A stretch of DNA of 60,655 nucleotides, the filler included, from Basidiobolus ranarum (taxonomy: Eukaryota): NCBI GenBank assembly GCA_040143965.1. It is 16 parts of 16 records of this genome, joined end to end, with 100 filler letters (N's around TTAATTAATTAA, not from the genome) between each part and the next. Parts side by side here need not be neighbours in the genome. Positions count along the whole stretch, not along the records: positions 11,434 to 15,140 come from JASJQH010009200.1; positions 15,241 to 18,946 come from JASJQH010009201.1; positions 19,047 to 22,750 come from JASJQH010009202.1; positions 22,851 to 26,553 come from JASJQH010009203.1; 12 more parts are not named here. One strand, 5' to 3'. The notes under the pieces were generated by a model. The model ran no database searches. It was not told the DNA's origin and worked only from the letters and a program-made list of their open reading frames with translations. Each line of letters begins with the position of its first letter. The stretch's first letter is position 1. Below, one piece after another: positions 11,434 through 23,030 of this stretch. The translations under genes were made by a program, and so were the position numbers.

Positions 11434-13130
11434 CCTAAATCTTTACCACGATCTGCTTCTACGATTACCAAATCCCCCATCTTAGTGGCAAATCCACAAT
11501 TTTCAGTCGTGTAGAATACATCAGTACGGCCAGCCTTAAACTCTACAATGTAGAGAGGTCCCTGGCTAGGAAGAGCGTGAAGTGGAACCCCTTTTCCGAT
11601 CTCCGCATATGGGCGCGACTGGCGATGCTCATCACCAATAAAATAGTCATCCATATCATCACCCATACCGTTGTATGGTGATTGTCCATTTTGACGCGAA
11701 TCCTCCAAGTGAAGTGACTCCAGAGCTCCAGAGAGGAATCGCGACGAATGGGGCTGAATTCCTGGATGTAAAGAGGCCAAGGTAGGAGCCGCAACCGAGT
11801 GACGACGATAATTGAGATGGCTGTAATCAGGCTCAACTAGTCCATTAGGACGACCAAATATGGAATGGGGTGCATTCATGGGGTCCTGAGGCCCTTTCAT
11901 AGGGTAGGAAGGGGCTAATGAGAAACGTCGCTGCTGCCTCATTCTCTCCAATCTTTCAGTGGCCAATGCTTGGGCATAGGCGATGTTATTTTGAGGGGGG
12001 ACGGGGTTGCCAGAGTAATTAGGTGGATTGTTATCCCAAAGGTTGCCATAGCTAACCGGATTAGCAATCGACCTACGGCGATACATTGCTGCTTCGGGGA
12101 TTCCCCCGTTGCTACTCCACATGTTATTCATTTCTGAGACTTGATCAATCTCCTCAAAACCAGGTGGATGACTCAAGCTCTCCTCCGGATACTGGGACTG
12201 TTGAGGTGGTGCGGGGAACATAAATGCGCTTTGTGATCGTATGCGAGGTTTCATCATACTGGCATACTCCGATTCGGTTAACTCTTCGTCCATAGGAGGA
12301 AGTGCACCTCGATGTTGATATCTATCCTGATTATCAAGGTTCGTTAGAGCCTTGAATCTTGACATAGATCCAAAGAAGTCCGATGTTTCCTCTCCTATAG
12401 CAATGGAAAAGCTACGCTGCTGTCGGTAAGGTGGTATTGGCTCATCTGACTCGTTAAATGCACTACCATGCTCCTCGATTAAACTATTTTTCAGATTATC
12501 GGATACTGCACTAGTAGCACCAGGCTTGGATGGAGATGGTGTTCTTGCCGACGAAGAGTCATTCCAAATTGATCCCCCATTCCATTGGGTCCCTAAACTT
12601 CCCCAGATGGATGTTGCTGGAGAAAGTCCGGGGGCTACCGGCTGCTTAACTGGAAGTATGTTAGAGTTAGGCGAGCCCCGACGCAATGGATCTTTTCCAA
12701 GCAAACTCGGTGGGGTTTGCGTTCTCGGAACTCCGGATCGGAAGGATAGAGCTCCTTCGGAATCTGGTGTACGAGGGGAATCCTCACTACCTATAGTAGA
12801 GCCATTAGGGGGTTTAATAGTCTTCCAGTTGTTAGGAGGAGTCTCTGCTCTCTGAGTTGGACTACTACTTGAAGAAGGATTGGAAGAATTCCCACTAACT
12901 TCGTTGATTTTGGGGACAGCTTCAGGTTGTTCAGTACTCTGGGCGTGAATAGTCTTCAGTTAAAAAGGAGATTAGAATACTGTTTAGAATAAAATGGATT
13001 GGAAAGTCTGAAGAATACCTTATCCCATGGAGAGTGACCACGGATAACAGACTAATAAGGCAAATATGTTAAACAATCTGAACTTCAAAAGCTTTCTCCT
13101 TAATAAATATACACTTACTTCTGTCTGCAT
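11434..13130 (-). CDS. PSP1-domain protein, 3'-truncated by contig end
   Basis: LYIVEFKAGRTDVFY...GDLVIVEADRGKDL is the start of the PSP1 C-terminal domain. Proposed exons 13130-13119 (MQTE), 13051-13019 and 12938->11434, with GT-AG introns. Long low-complexity N-terminus with RRxS motifs. Confidence 0.85.
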
Positions 13131-14880
13131 TGCGTCAATGGAGGAGGCTTAGCAGCTATGAGAGAAAAAAAGAAAAAGTTACAAAAGGCTCCTCTCTGTT
13201 CTTCCAATGGTTGTCTTACCGTATACTCTAAAGGTAAGTAAGGGAACTTCTATTCACTTCTAAATGTATAGTTGAAAGAGAAACCGATTTTCTTTTGGGC
13301 TCTATTGAAGGTATTTCAAATAGTCACGGATTAAAGGTTAGCTACTAAAGAGATAAAAGGGAATAGGATAAAGAAAGGTTGGTCAAGCTGTTTGTAAAAG
13401 GAAGTAAGCTGACAAGGGGTACGGTTATCAGAAAATAAGTGAGGATTTGAGCTTGAGATATAAACGTAATGATAGAATCAAGGCGGAACCCAGGGGTGAA
13501 ACGACTGACGGAGAATTAGGAAAGAGCTCACAATAGAGTATCAGGAGCAAGTGAGGGTCAATCAATGATTATGCTGTAAGGTGGAAATTGGGTTCCCGAG
13601 GATCAGATTCCAGCTCGATTAAGTCGCTGGACTAGAGTGTGCTAAACTCAACTAGTCCAATCAGATTGCCTAAGATAGAAATCATGCCACGGTTCTCTAT
13701 AATAATCTCAATGGATATAGTATAAGAGCTTCTCAGCGAACTGTACTACTATTCGGATCAGTTGGATCAATTGGATGATTTGAATCAATAGCCATGACAA
13801 CCTTCTGCTCGACATGATTGAATAGAGATCCTTCCAAGTCTTATTTATATATCAAATCAGTGATATTTATATCAGTATGCCATCGTCCAATACCACTCCA
13901 AGTGATAGAAATACATCACCCGCTTGCACTCTGTTGCTTTCTCTCACTCTCTTCACCTCTTCTCATGCATCCACTGTTGAGCGATGATTAGTGTGTTTGT
14001 ACCAAGTGATTGGCAACGGCTTTTCCATTTTCGAATTGAGATGATTACCAACGAATAGCAGTCACGGATGAAGTCTTAACCTATGACATTTAAAGATCGA
14101 AGATGTCTCCAAAATTAGTGAATTCTAGGCAGTACCAGCTTGAGTGGTACAACATGCATTCCAAAGCAAGAACCTCTCCCCATTAATAATTCGGTTGGAT
14201 TTGGCCATATTGGGAAGAGATTAACACTTGGACGAACTTCTGGCAACTTCATATATGCACGCATTTGAGTTGTAGTCCGCTCATGCTCGTACTCATACCA
14301 GTGGTATTTACATGTGTCCAATGCGATATTAGTGTTTCCTTGTCTAAACGTTCTGTGAGTGTCAGTATTTCTTGAACAGAAACAAGATTATTAATGGGTT
14401 GCAGCTCGATTCATTAACCCTTAGCTAACCCTATTACCAGAATGTCTCAGTGATGAAGGTTAAATTGCTAGCTGATATGAGGGTTAAATTACCAGTCAAT
14501 ATCCCCTCTCCTTGGACAATACTCATTACTGCATATTTCCTCAGTATTGGCCATTTCACTTCCATACACTCCCCTGATATCTCCTTTATCTAACCCTAAC
14601 CCATCGATAAATACCCCTTTGAGTTAGCATCAGCGGTCTGATGAGTTGCTCAAGTTAAGCAACATACCAATACTTCAGCAAGTGCGAATAGATATTTAGG
14701 GTGTCAAAGGTGGATAATATTTGGTAAGGGGATTTTGTTTTTTCCTTGATAATTTTTTTCCATCAATTCGCTCAGGACCGAGTTCACGTAGCATATTCAT
14801 GAACAATTTTTTTTCTCTGACACAATAAAATCCACATTTGTCGGGTAGGATATTCTTTCTCTCCAGCATCCTCGTTAAAT

Positions 14881-15140
14881 ATGGTGAGTTTCAATCTCGA
14901 TTTGTGTTGAATTCATCCATCAGATTAGCATTAAATATGCCCATACTGTTCAAAGCGTACCTCATATCCAACCACTTCGCAAGAATCCTTATACTAATAC
15001 TAATCTCATCAATTTAGTCTCATCGTAAATTCGAGGCTCCTCGCCACGGTTCTTTGGGTTTCCTTCCCCGTAAGCGCTCCAGAACTCACAGAGGAAGATG
15101 CAAGTCTTTCCCTAAGGAGGATGCCTCCACGCCAGTCCAT
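14881..15140 (+). CDS. RPL3: 60S ribosomal protein L3 (uL3), 5' fragment; missed by the ORF track
   Basis: Exon 1 is ATG only (14881-14883). Intron GTGAGT...TTTAG. Exon 2 from 15018 reads [35 protein letters not shown]. Confidence 0.97.
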
Positions 15141-15240
15141 NNNNNNNNNNNNNNNNNNNNNNNNNNNNNNNNNNNNNNNNNNNNTTAATTAATTAANNNN
15201 NNNNNNNNNNNNNNNNNNNNNNNNNNNNNNNNNNNNNNNN

Positions 15241-16467
15241 CTTACCCTGAACAATGTGTTCACGCAAGTATTTCAACCGTTTCTCAAAGCCAAAGAGTTT
15301 GATTTTCAAGATTCACATTTAATGGAGTTGAGGCAATCAATTTGCTCCGTTCACCCGGAACTGAGAGATTTGTATAGGTTCAGTAAACACGAGGAGAACT
15401 TGGTTAGATTCCACGAATACGGAGCCGTAGCAGTTGCTTACTCAACCACCCCCAATTCTTTTACACCGACCATTCTTTCAGAGGTGGAGAGATTTACCAA
15501 CGGAGACGATTTGATTGGTGCCACTTCTATATTTGCGGTGGTATGCAAGATGTTTGCATTCGAACTTGAGTTCGAAGATGAGGAGGACGAGAATATGCTT
15601 ACTGTGTTGCAGGATGAGTCAATTTCACGACGCTCCACAGGAGCTCAGGTGATAGAGTATTTAACACAAACGTACGAGGCATTGCATGCCAAACAATACG
15701 AGGAATTACTCCAGGAGTATCAATTAGGTGAGGAGGCCGAAGCCTTTAAAGAGCTTCTCACAAACATCAATGACGAAAGTAGTGTTGATGTACAAGAGGA
15801 TTTGGTAACTTTTAGATTAATTCACGATAATGATTCGGAGTTTACCATTTCAAGAAAGCTTCTCTCTTCTATATCCCCTATATTCAAAGCCATGCTACTT
15901 GGTGAATATGTCGAGTCAAAACAAACCATCATTTCGCTACCCGAGGCTCAATCTCCAGAATTTATGCTTTTGCTGTCTATCATCGAGCAAGTTCAATCGT
16001 CTTTGGAGTTAAGTCCTTCGGAGCTGATACCTACTTCGACCTCTTGGACGCATGTCATATCATTAATTGATCTCTCAGATAAATACATCCTAGAGTTTCC
16101 CAAGCTTGTAGCTGAACTCTGGCTATTGAGGCAGATGGCATTGGACTATTTGCCTGAGATCATCAACGAAATAGTGGTAACCTATAGGTTTTATGGTCAC
16201 AAAGTTACAGAACAAAAAGAACGCTCTATGAAATTACGGCATGAATGCACTCGCCGAATGGCCAAACGTATGACATTAACTGCCTTTTCTACTGAGTTTA
16301 AGGAGATAACTGAGGATATTGACGAAACCGCGAAATTCGTGGAGGATATCGCAAATTTAATCCAAACAAGTGATCCGAAATACCTTGGGGAGTCTTTAGG
16401 CTATAGTGATGGACTCGATGCATTTAAGCCAGATTTGGATCTAGAAATATCTTCAGATCTATCCTAA
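15241..16467 (+). CDS. BTB/POZ-domain protein, 5'-truncated
   Basis: Frame is open from the contig start. DLVTF...ISRKLLSSISPIFKAMLLGEYVESKQTIISLPE...DLSDKYIL is a BTB signature near the C-terminus. Confidence 0.8.
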   Translation, partial: LTLNNVFTQVFQPFLKAKEFDFQDSHLMELRQSICSVHPELRDLYRFSKHEENLVRFHEYGAVAVAYSTTPNSFTPTILSEVERFTNGDDLIGATSIFAVVCKMFAFELEFEDEEDENMLTVLQDESISRRSTGAQVIEYLTQTYEALHAKQYEELLQEYQLGEEAEAFKELLTNINDESSVDVQEDLVTFRLIHDNDSEFTISRKLLSSISPIFKAMLLGEYVESKQTIISLPEAQSPEFMLLLSIIEQVQSSLELSPSELIPTSTSWTHVISLIDLSDKYILEFPKLVAELWLLRQMALDYLPEIINEIVVTYRFYGHKVTEQKERSMKLRHECTRRMAKRMTLTAFSTEFKEITEDIDETAKFVEDIANLIQTSDPKYLGESLGYSDGLDAFKPDLDLEISSDLS

Positions 16468-16803
16468 TGTTTTTGTCATTTGTACAGTAACTTTCATTTT
16501 ATGGATTTGTGTTTATATATACTGCATGAAATAGAGATGAATAAACCAACTCCCACAGTAAATACGTTACAGCCAGTAAGAACGTTAGTTAGAATTGTTG
16601 CGCATCTCTTGTGGAGTGTATAAATCTATAGATGTTATTTTGCTCAAACGGCTTTAATGAGCTTGAAGTGGCAGTCCTTAGAAATGGGCCGATTTAGCCG
16701 TGGTACCATGTAGGGTTAAAGAAACAGGATGAAAAATGACATTAATATAACACAGTTGAAGCAATTATGAAAGATCGAAGCCCATATATACTACGGATAT
16801 AAC

Positions 16804-17795
16804 CTAACCCTCCCAATGAACTGAGAACGATATAGTATGAAATGGAATGAATTAGAACGCTGGTTTTGCTAACTGCTTGTTATAGGATAATACCTGGAAG
16901 TTTGTCGCCTGGGACAAAAATGCGCTCTACTCCGTCTTCAGTGATGACAGCTAAACGAATTACTCCTCCTGAAGACCCATCCCTAGACATAGCCAATGAT
17001 ACCGCTGGAGAGATATGAGAATCAACGTCAAATTGAAAGACTTATGATGGTATTGTAAAGTCTCACCATTTCGAACAAACTCCACACATTCGTCTTGTGA
17101 CATTCCTTTCTTGAACACAGAGTCACAGTAACCGTAAATATAGGCAGAACCAGAGCCTATTTAAGACAATATTCAGTATCATGCTGAAAATGACCACGTG
17201 ATAGAACCTTTGTACCTCCTATCGCAAAAGGCTCTCGATGAAGAGATCCGCCAAGAGGAATATTATATACTGAGCCACCAGTCTGCTTATCCCAACCAGC
17301 GACTATGATTCCGGCCATTAGAGAATCTTTATTACTATAACACAGTTCTTGAAAAAGAGACGCGGCAACTTTGGTTCCTGGAGCTTCACCATGCTGTGCA
17401 CTATTTACAAAAGTTAAATGGTTGAAATGGTACGTAATATATTCTCTCAAAGGAACGTCGTCTTACGTGTACATCTGTAGATAATAATGAACTATATCAG
17501 CAACTGCCTGGGTATCAGCTGCACTTCCAGAACGACAACACCAAATCCGATCGTGTACTGGTGTTAACTTATCTGTAACGCGATTCGCAATGTAAGAGCC
17601 TGTTGTTGTACGTGAATCCGCGCCAATAATTACGCCTTTATCAAATTCAACTGCCATAATAGTGGTCTATCAAGAAATATAGAAATCGAGTTTGATTTAG
17701 ATATTTGAAAGCTGAATGTTGAGTAGAAAACAACATTAAAAGCGAAAGAATATACGTACGCCCAAATTGGCTTCCCCAGGTTTTAAGCCTGCCAT
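16804..17795 (-). CDS. PRE3: 20S proteasome subunit beta-1, 6 exons
   Basis: Propeptide [12 protein letters not shown] then [51 protein letters not shown] and [11 protein letters not shown]. Ends VHWEG*. GT-AG introns. Confidence 0.96.
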
Positions 17796-18069
17796 ATTGT
17801 CTAAATTAAAGTCTCAGGAGAAGTCTATCGTGCTAGTGTATTTAAGTTTAAGGAGCGACTTTCAAAAGCCTTGTATGATTATAGTGTTTCGATTGCGTCA
17901 TTTGTAAGTTGATTATGTACCATCCACCAATCCCGATATCTAAACAATCATATATTTACTATTTCGTTATTTACACACAAATTGACAAAAAATTCATGCC
18001 ACTAACTAGATCTTTAACGTTATATTTGGTTTACTTGGTGATATCGAAACTTTACCTCCTTTGTCTAAT

Positions 18070-18435
18070 ATGAACACCAATCCCTCCACACCTGGTACAC
18101 CCTCTGTAACTGCGCCAACAGATGCTTCACCTGTGACATTTTCACGCGAGGACTTCACTTTACTCTCTTATCTTGCTCCTGCATTGGACTGTCTCGAAAA
18201 AGGGGATGACATTCAAGAAGCGGCAAACCAGCTAAATCAGCTAAAGGAGAAGCTTTCATACCTTTACCGCTTAATGGAAGAACTTCCAGGCTCGGATCTC
18301 AGTAGAAATCAACAAAAAATACTCTTATCAAAAGATACAGAAGAATTGAAGTTGAAAAAGACCCAACTCGAGAGATATCTGAGCTTTCCCATCTTCAAAG
18401 GTTCCCAAAGTGACGTACCAAAAACGGAGGAATAA
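18070..18435 (+). CDS. MED9: Mediator subunit Med9/Cse2-like
   Basis: FTLL..L, LKEKL...MEELPGSDLSRNQQ...L.LKKTQLERY fit the Med9 helical pattern. Divergent from PRE3. Confidence 0.7.
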   Translation: MNTNPSTPGTPSVTAPTDASPVTFSREDFTLLSYLAPALDCLEKGDDIQEAANQLNQLKEKLSYLYRLMEELPGSDLSRNQQKILLSKDTEELKLKKTQLERYLSFPIFKGSQSDVPKTEE

Positions 18436-19046
18436 CAACCCTTTCTTTTCCTTTATACTGTACTTTTCGTGGTTTACTTGATGCTTTTAATTGAACCATT
18501 CTTCTCTAATTTGAGTTGATAGTATTTTAGAAAGTTGTATATAAAATAATATTTGGAACAATAACATTCACTCTTTAAATTCCATTCACTTTACTTTATT
18601 CAAGAAATAATAGATGTTAATTTTGTGTCTTTTTCTCGCTTTATTTTCCATTCGATATCTTCGGACTTGGTAAAATGATACTCTTAGGTAGGAAAATTTT
18701 GATTAAGATGGGGAAGTTTGGTAATGATTTATTGAGTTATATGTATATATGATTTGATGCCAGCTAAATGGATATTGAAGCCTATATGGAAGTAATAAAT
18801 TTACTCAATTATGATGAAATACTCGTTTGTTCAGGATACACAAAAGAAACACATTTAACACTTGTAACCGCATTCACGGAGTGACGCTTGAACACTGACC
18901 AGAACTTTCTTGATATGACCACGTTCAGGTTGAGTAAATTTATTACNNNNNNNNNNNNNNNNNNNNNNNNNNNNNNNNNNNNNNNNNNNNTTAATTAATT
19001 AANNNNNNNNNNNNNNNNNNNNNNNNNNNNNNNNNNNNNNNNNNNN

Positions 19047-20082
19047 GCATCTTTCACAATGCTTAGAGATTATAGGCCCTTGCTATACATTCTGGGAGTT
19101 CCCAATGGAGTGCACCTGTGGTGAAATGATGCTCTGTGTGAAATTGTCAGTATTACCATATGCTAATCTGATTAACAATGTATCAGCAAAATCAGTGATG
19201 GATGTAATTCAATGGGTTAAGGAGACTCCAGAGTATATTAACCTGCCTACAAAGGGCTCTTTTCAATGTGCTCACAGCTTTTTGCATTTTTTGAGCACAA
19301 TAACAGCAACAAAGCCCAATCCATGGATGCAGAGTAAGAACCTCTATAATCAGACTAATTTGCTTGTGTGATAATCTGATGGTATTTTTAGAAAAGCTGC
19401 AAAACAGACTTCTTGGTGTGATAGATCAAGATAGGCAGTTTTATTGTTTTAGCCATGGGGTAATCTATTCAAGCAATTACACATCCACTTATGGCAGGAC
19501 ATTTGTTGACTGCAAGTTGGGAATGTATTGACTGAATTCTTTAAGGAAATTTGCCAAAATGCAAGAGCTTATTCTCATTGTGAACAGTAACAAGAGTCAG
19601 CTATATGCCAAGTGTCAGTCCTATTCAAAATTTCAGATGTTTAGCAATTTTTCCACCTTTAGTTTGCTGGTAAAGCATATTGACATTGTTGAGTTATGTC
19701 TTATCAGTCAAGTATTTGCATATGTAGAGACTAAACATAACAAGATTCTTGTATTTTTTTATTCCCATTACAGCTGGAGTACCAAGCCTAAATAAAGGCA
19801 TACATATTAATTCAAATTCCTATAGCAGTAAACTCAGTAATTTGCGATTCAAAAATCATATTTTATGCAAAAATTTCCTCATGTTGGATAATGCATGCCA
19901 AATTTGAGGGTTAATAATTTCATATGTATGAATACTATCAAAAAACCGTTAAGACACTGCCACCACATCATCAAAATCCCTGGCAGAATGCATGCCACCA
20001 ATATTGTGACAGTTCTCTGATGATTTTGCTATTTTGGAGGATGGATCTAATCCATATCAAATTGATTTTATTTTTGTTAGGG
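19047..20082 (+). mobile_element. CACTA-like transposase C-terminus and element right end
   Basis: Y(G/R)PCYTFWEFPME(R>C)TCG matches the Tnp2-family GPxxxxWxFxxER motif. Ends ...TTTTGTTAGGG, the reverse of the CCCTAAC terminus. Confidence 0.85.
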
Positions 20083-20383
20083 TAAGCAGTTTGAATGTTT
20101 TTGGCCAACCATATGTGCCTCAATTGAGAGTCTCTCAGCTGTAGACAAAGTATAGATGGTGCTTTTCTCTGCTTCTTGTTGAAGGTAAGGATTGCTTCTG
20201 GTGGACCCTTTGGCTCAATTTTTCACCATTAACATATCCTCAAAGGTCTTGGTCTTCCAGCATCATTTGCATTTTGAACTTCCAAAGTGAAAGTATTCAC
20301 CATCAAACTTTTCTGTGGATGCAAAAATATTGGTAAAAGTACTGATAGACATTCCATGATTAGCTAGCTTGGGGCTTGTAACT
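20083..20383 (-). mobile_element. Copia family B PBS and gag start
   Basis: Aligns with 58690-58987. EKFDGEYFHFGSSK-type gag N-terminus. Confidence 0.8.
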
Positions 20384-20889
20384 TGATATTAGTGTTTTGG
20401 TGATTTGGAAGTTTTTTCAGACAAGAGTAGGATTTGTGAATTAGACACAAGTTTAATTCAATTGAATATGTCTTATTTACAGTTAACCATGAAATAAACT
20501 AATTGCACATGCTTAGATCTTAACACCCATGCCTGTTAAGCATGGGTGAAAATTTCAGGTGTTTTGGAGAAGTTTTGAGAAAATAGTGAAAATTGGTAAA
20601 AGTGATCTAACTGATATTTTGATTGATTAGAGCAATAAACATATAATTTTGAAAGGCAAAATTGAGTGCTAAATAATTGGAATATTAATAAACTAACTAC
20701 CAAGTAATGAGTTGCTACTTGCCTACTTTCAATAAAAATAGTGAAATTTGGTAAAAGTGGCATAATGGCTATTTCTATTAATTATAGCAATAAATACAAC
20801 TTTTGTAATGGCAGAATTGAGTGCTAAACAATCAGAATATTAACAAACTAAGTAATAAATAGTCACTTGCTACTCACCTAATTTCATCA
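20384..20889 (-). repeat. Copia family B LTR (20384-20734) plus tandem partial LTR copy (20735-20889)
   Basis: AAAATAGTGAAATT(T)GGTAAAAGTG...TTTCAATA/TTTCATCA occurs twice in tandem. Confidence 0.8.
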
Positions 20890-22750
20890 CTTTGAGAAGT
20901 ACCACTTGAGGTTGGAGAGCCATGAGTTTTATTCATTAGTGTTTTGGTTTGTTGAGAGGTAGCAGCTGTTGAATAAGCTGGCAAATTTGGTACTTTTCCA
21001 ACTGGTGTACCTGGTTCCAGCGTAACATAATCTTTTTTGCCAGTATATCTGACTCTTGAAATATAGATCTTGTAATGGTCTGAAGAATTTCATAGGTGAG
21101 ACAGTAGAGCCTAAGCACACTAGCTTCTTTGCTTTTCCCTTGGACTTACCAACTTCCTGCTCCCTGAGTACTTCTTTACCTTCTTTCCTTTCTTTTCCAA
21201 GTCAACAATTGTGTGTATTTTTGCAATGTTTAACAAATATGCCTATACAAGTCCAATTGCCATTTGCTTGCAAAAACCCAGGATAAGTCACATGAAATAT
21301 GTCAAGAAGCTTCACAGTAATACCTTATTTTGGTTTTTCCACAATTGGCTTAAATCAAGGTGATTTTGGGCAAGATTCCACACAACTCTCTAGAATATTA
21401 AACCATGCATTGTAAGAGCACGTGACAGCATCTCTGACATTCATAGTCTTTTGGTTTGCTGGTTTTCCTACGAGATTTCTACTTTCCTGTGTGCAACAAA
21501 TTTTGGGTCATTCTGTGGTCTTAATGGGCCAGCACATTCTTTGCTCTGCTAGATTGTCATGGTGTTGTTCATACGTATGGTGTGGGATGGATTGAAGTCT
21601 TGTATGAGAATGGACAGAGGGAGCAGCATGTTACTGTAGGCCAAGTATAGCATTCTGAAGGTCATGCAGCATTGTTGAGTTACTCTCTGACTGTTAACTA
21701 GTTGCTTCAAAACACTACTTTGATTACAATATTGTGGCATCAATGCCTGACATGGCCTGTATAGCAACTTTGGAGTCTTTACTTATGATTGCATACAAAT
21801 GTTTATGGTGTTCTGATTGAGGTTCCCATGTTGAGATAATTCTATCAAAATTTTCTATGAAGTGGTGTTCAATAGTCAGCAAAGTAGCCATTTTGGAAGC
21901 TGATGAACTTGACATTGTTTCTGTTGAACTTTACTCAACTATTTTTTCACACATAATTGGGGACTACAATCTCTGCACTTTCACAATTGCTGGAAAGGAA
22001 CACATTTAGTAAATTGATAAATCTTTATCATTACTTGAGTTCATTTGCAGCATGTTGATACCTTCAAATTGAATGGTGCATTGCTAGATTGCTTATTTAT
22101 TAAATCCTCTGATTTTGCTGGTTTTTTCCTTTTGTGCCATGCAACTTTTGCTTGGAAGCTAATTTTGATTTAGATTGAATGTTTTTTACATGGCTTTGAA
22201 ATATTTAAATGGCAAACTTGGTGTAATGAACTTGCTTATAAACATCCTATAATAAGCCAAAATTGCCAACCACTACCAGATATTTTACATAAATCACCTG
22301 AGGACTCATCTGTGACACCATCACAGAATCAGCTGATGATATTGCTAGGCTATACCCAACTTACCACCCTTACATAGGCGGTATTCTTTTTTCCACAAAC
22401 CCTTCTCATACTGCAACACCAACTTTTAAGAAGGCATGCTATTATTGTCACAAATTCTTGTGCCATGAAAGCCAGAGGCTTCATAGAAAAAATAATCACA
22501 AGTATTGTCACTGTACAAAGCCACCAGCTGCACAAAGCCTGGTGAATATTAACATTAATCAGTGTGCAAAATGGACTTTAGTTTTGCCCACTGGGTCCAC
22601 TGACTGTACTTTACCTCAAAGTTTTGGTAACACTGCCAAAAGTCAAGATACCATGGAGTTACCACAGTTATGTGACCAGAATGATGTAGCTAGAAATGCA
22701 ACTTTGATCAAACCAGTAAGTCCAGACAACTTTGAGGACATGCTACTAGA
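20890..22750. mobile_element. CACTA-like element: ORF2 (minus, ~20890-22195), spacer, transposase N-terminus (plus, ~22370-22750)
   Basis: Reverse-complement homolog of 51300-53096. Confidence 0.87.
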
Positions 22751-22850
22751 NNNNNNNNNNNNNNNNNNNNNNNNNNNNNNNNNNNNNNNNNNNNTTAATT
22801 AATTAANNNNNNNNNNNNNNNNNNNNNNNNNNNNNNNNNNNNNNNNNNNN

Positions 22851-23030
22851 TAAATGGCCTGGCTTCTGGCTGTACTGGCAGGTGTTTAATTTCCTAGTAG
22901 CGGCACCGTTATTGAAGCCTGTAGGATATTCTAAAGCTCTAAATAATGCCGGTTTTGCACTATTAAGTTGCAAATGAGATATCCTTAATTCCTCATCCAA
23001 TAGCATGGCACCAACCTAATCCATTGCTAC
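22851..23030 (-). mobile_element. Copia family B gag fragment
   Basis: MLLDEELR...CQYSQKPGHL (zinc knuckle). Homologous to 58255-58420. Confidence 0.75.

Noticed and set aside
12526-12855. Antisense ORFs (also 15438, 26771, 36963, 45772, 51835, 55693)
   Set aside because: Shadows of real coding sequence on the opposite strand.
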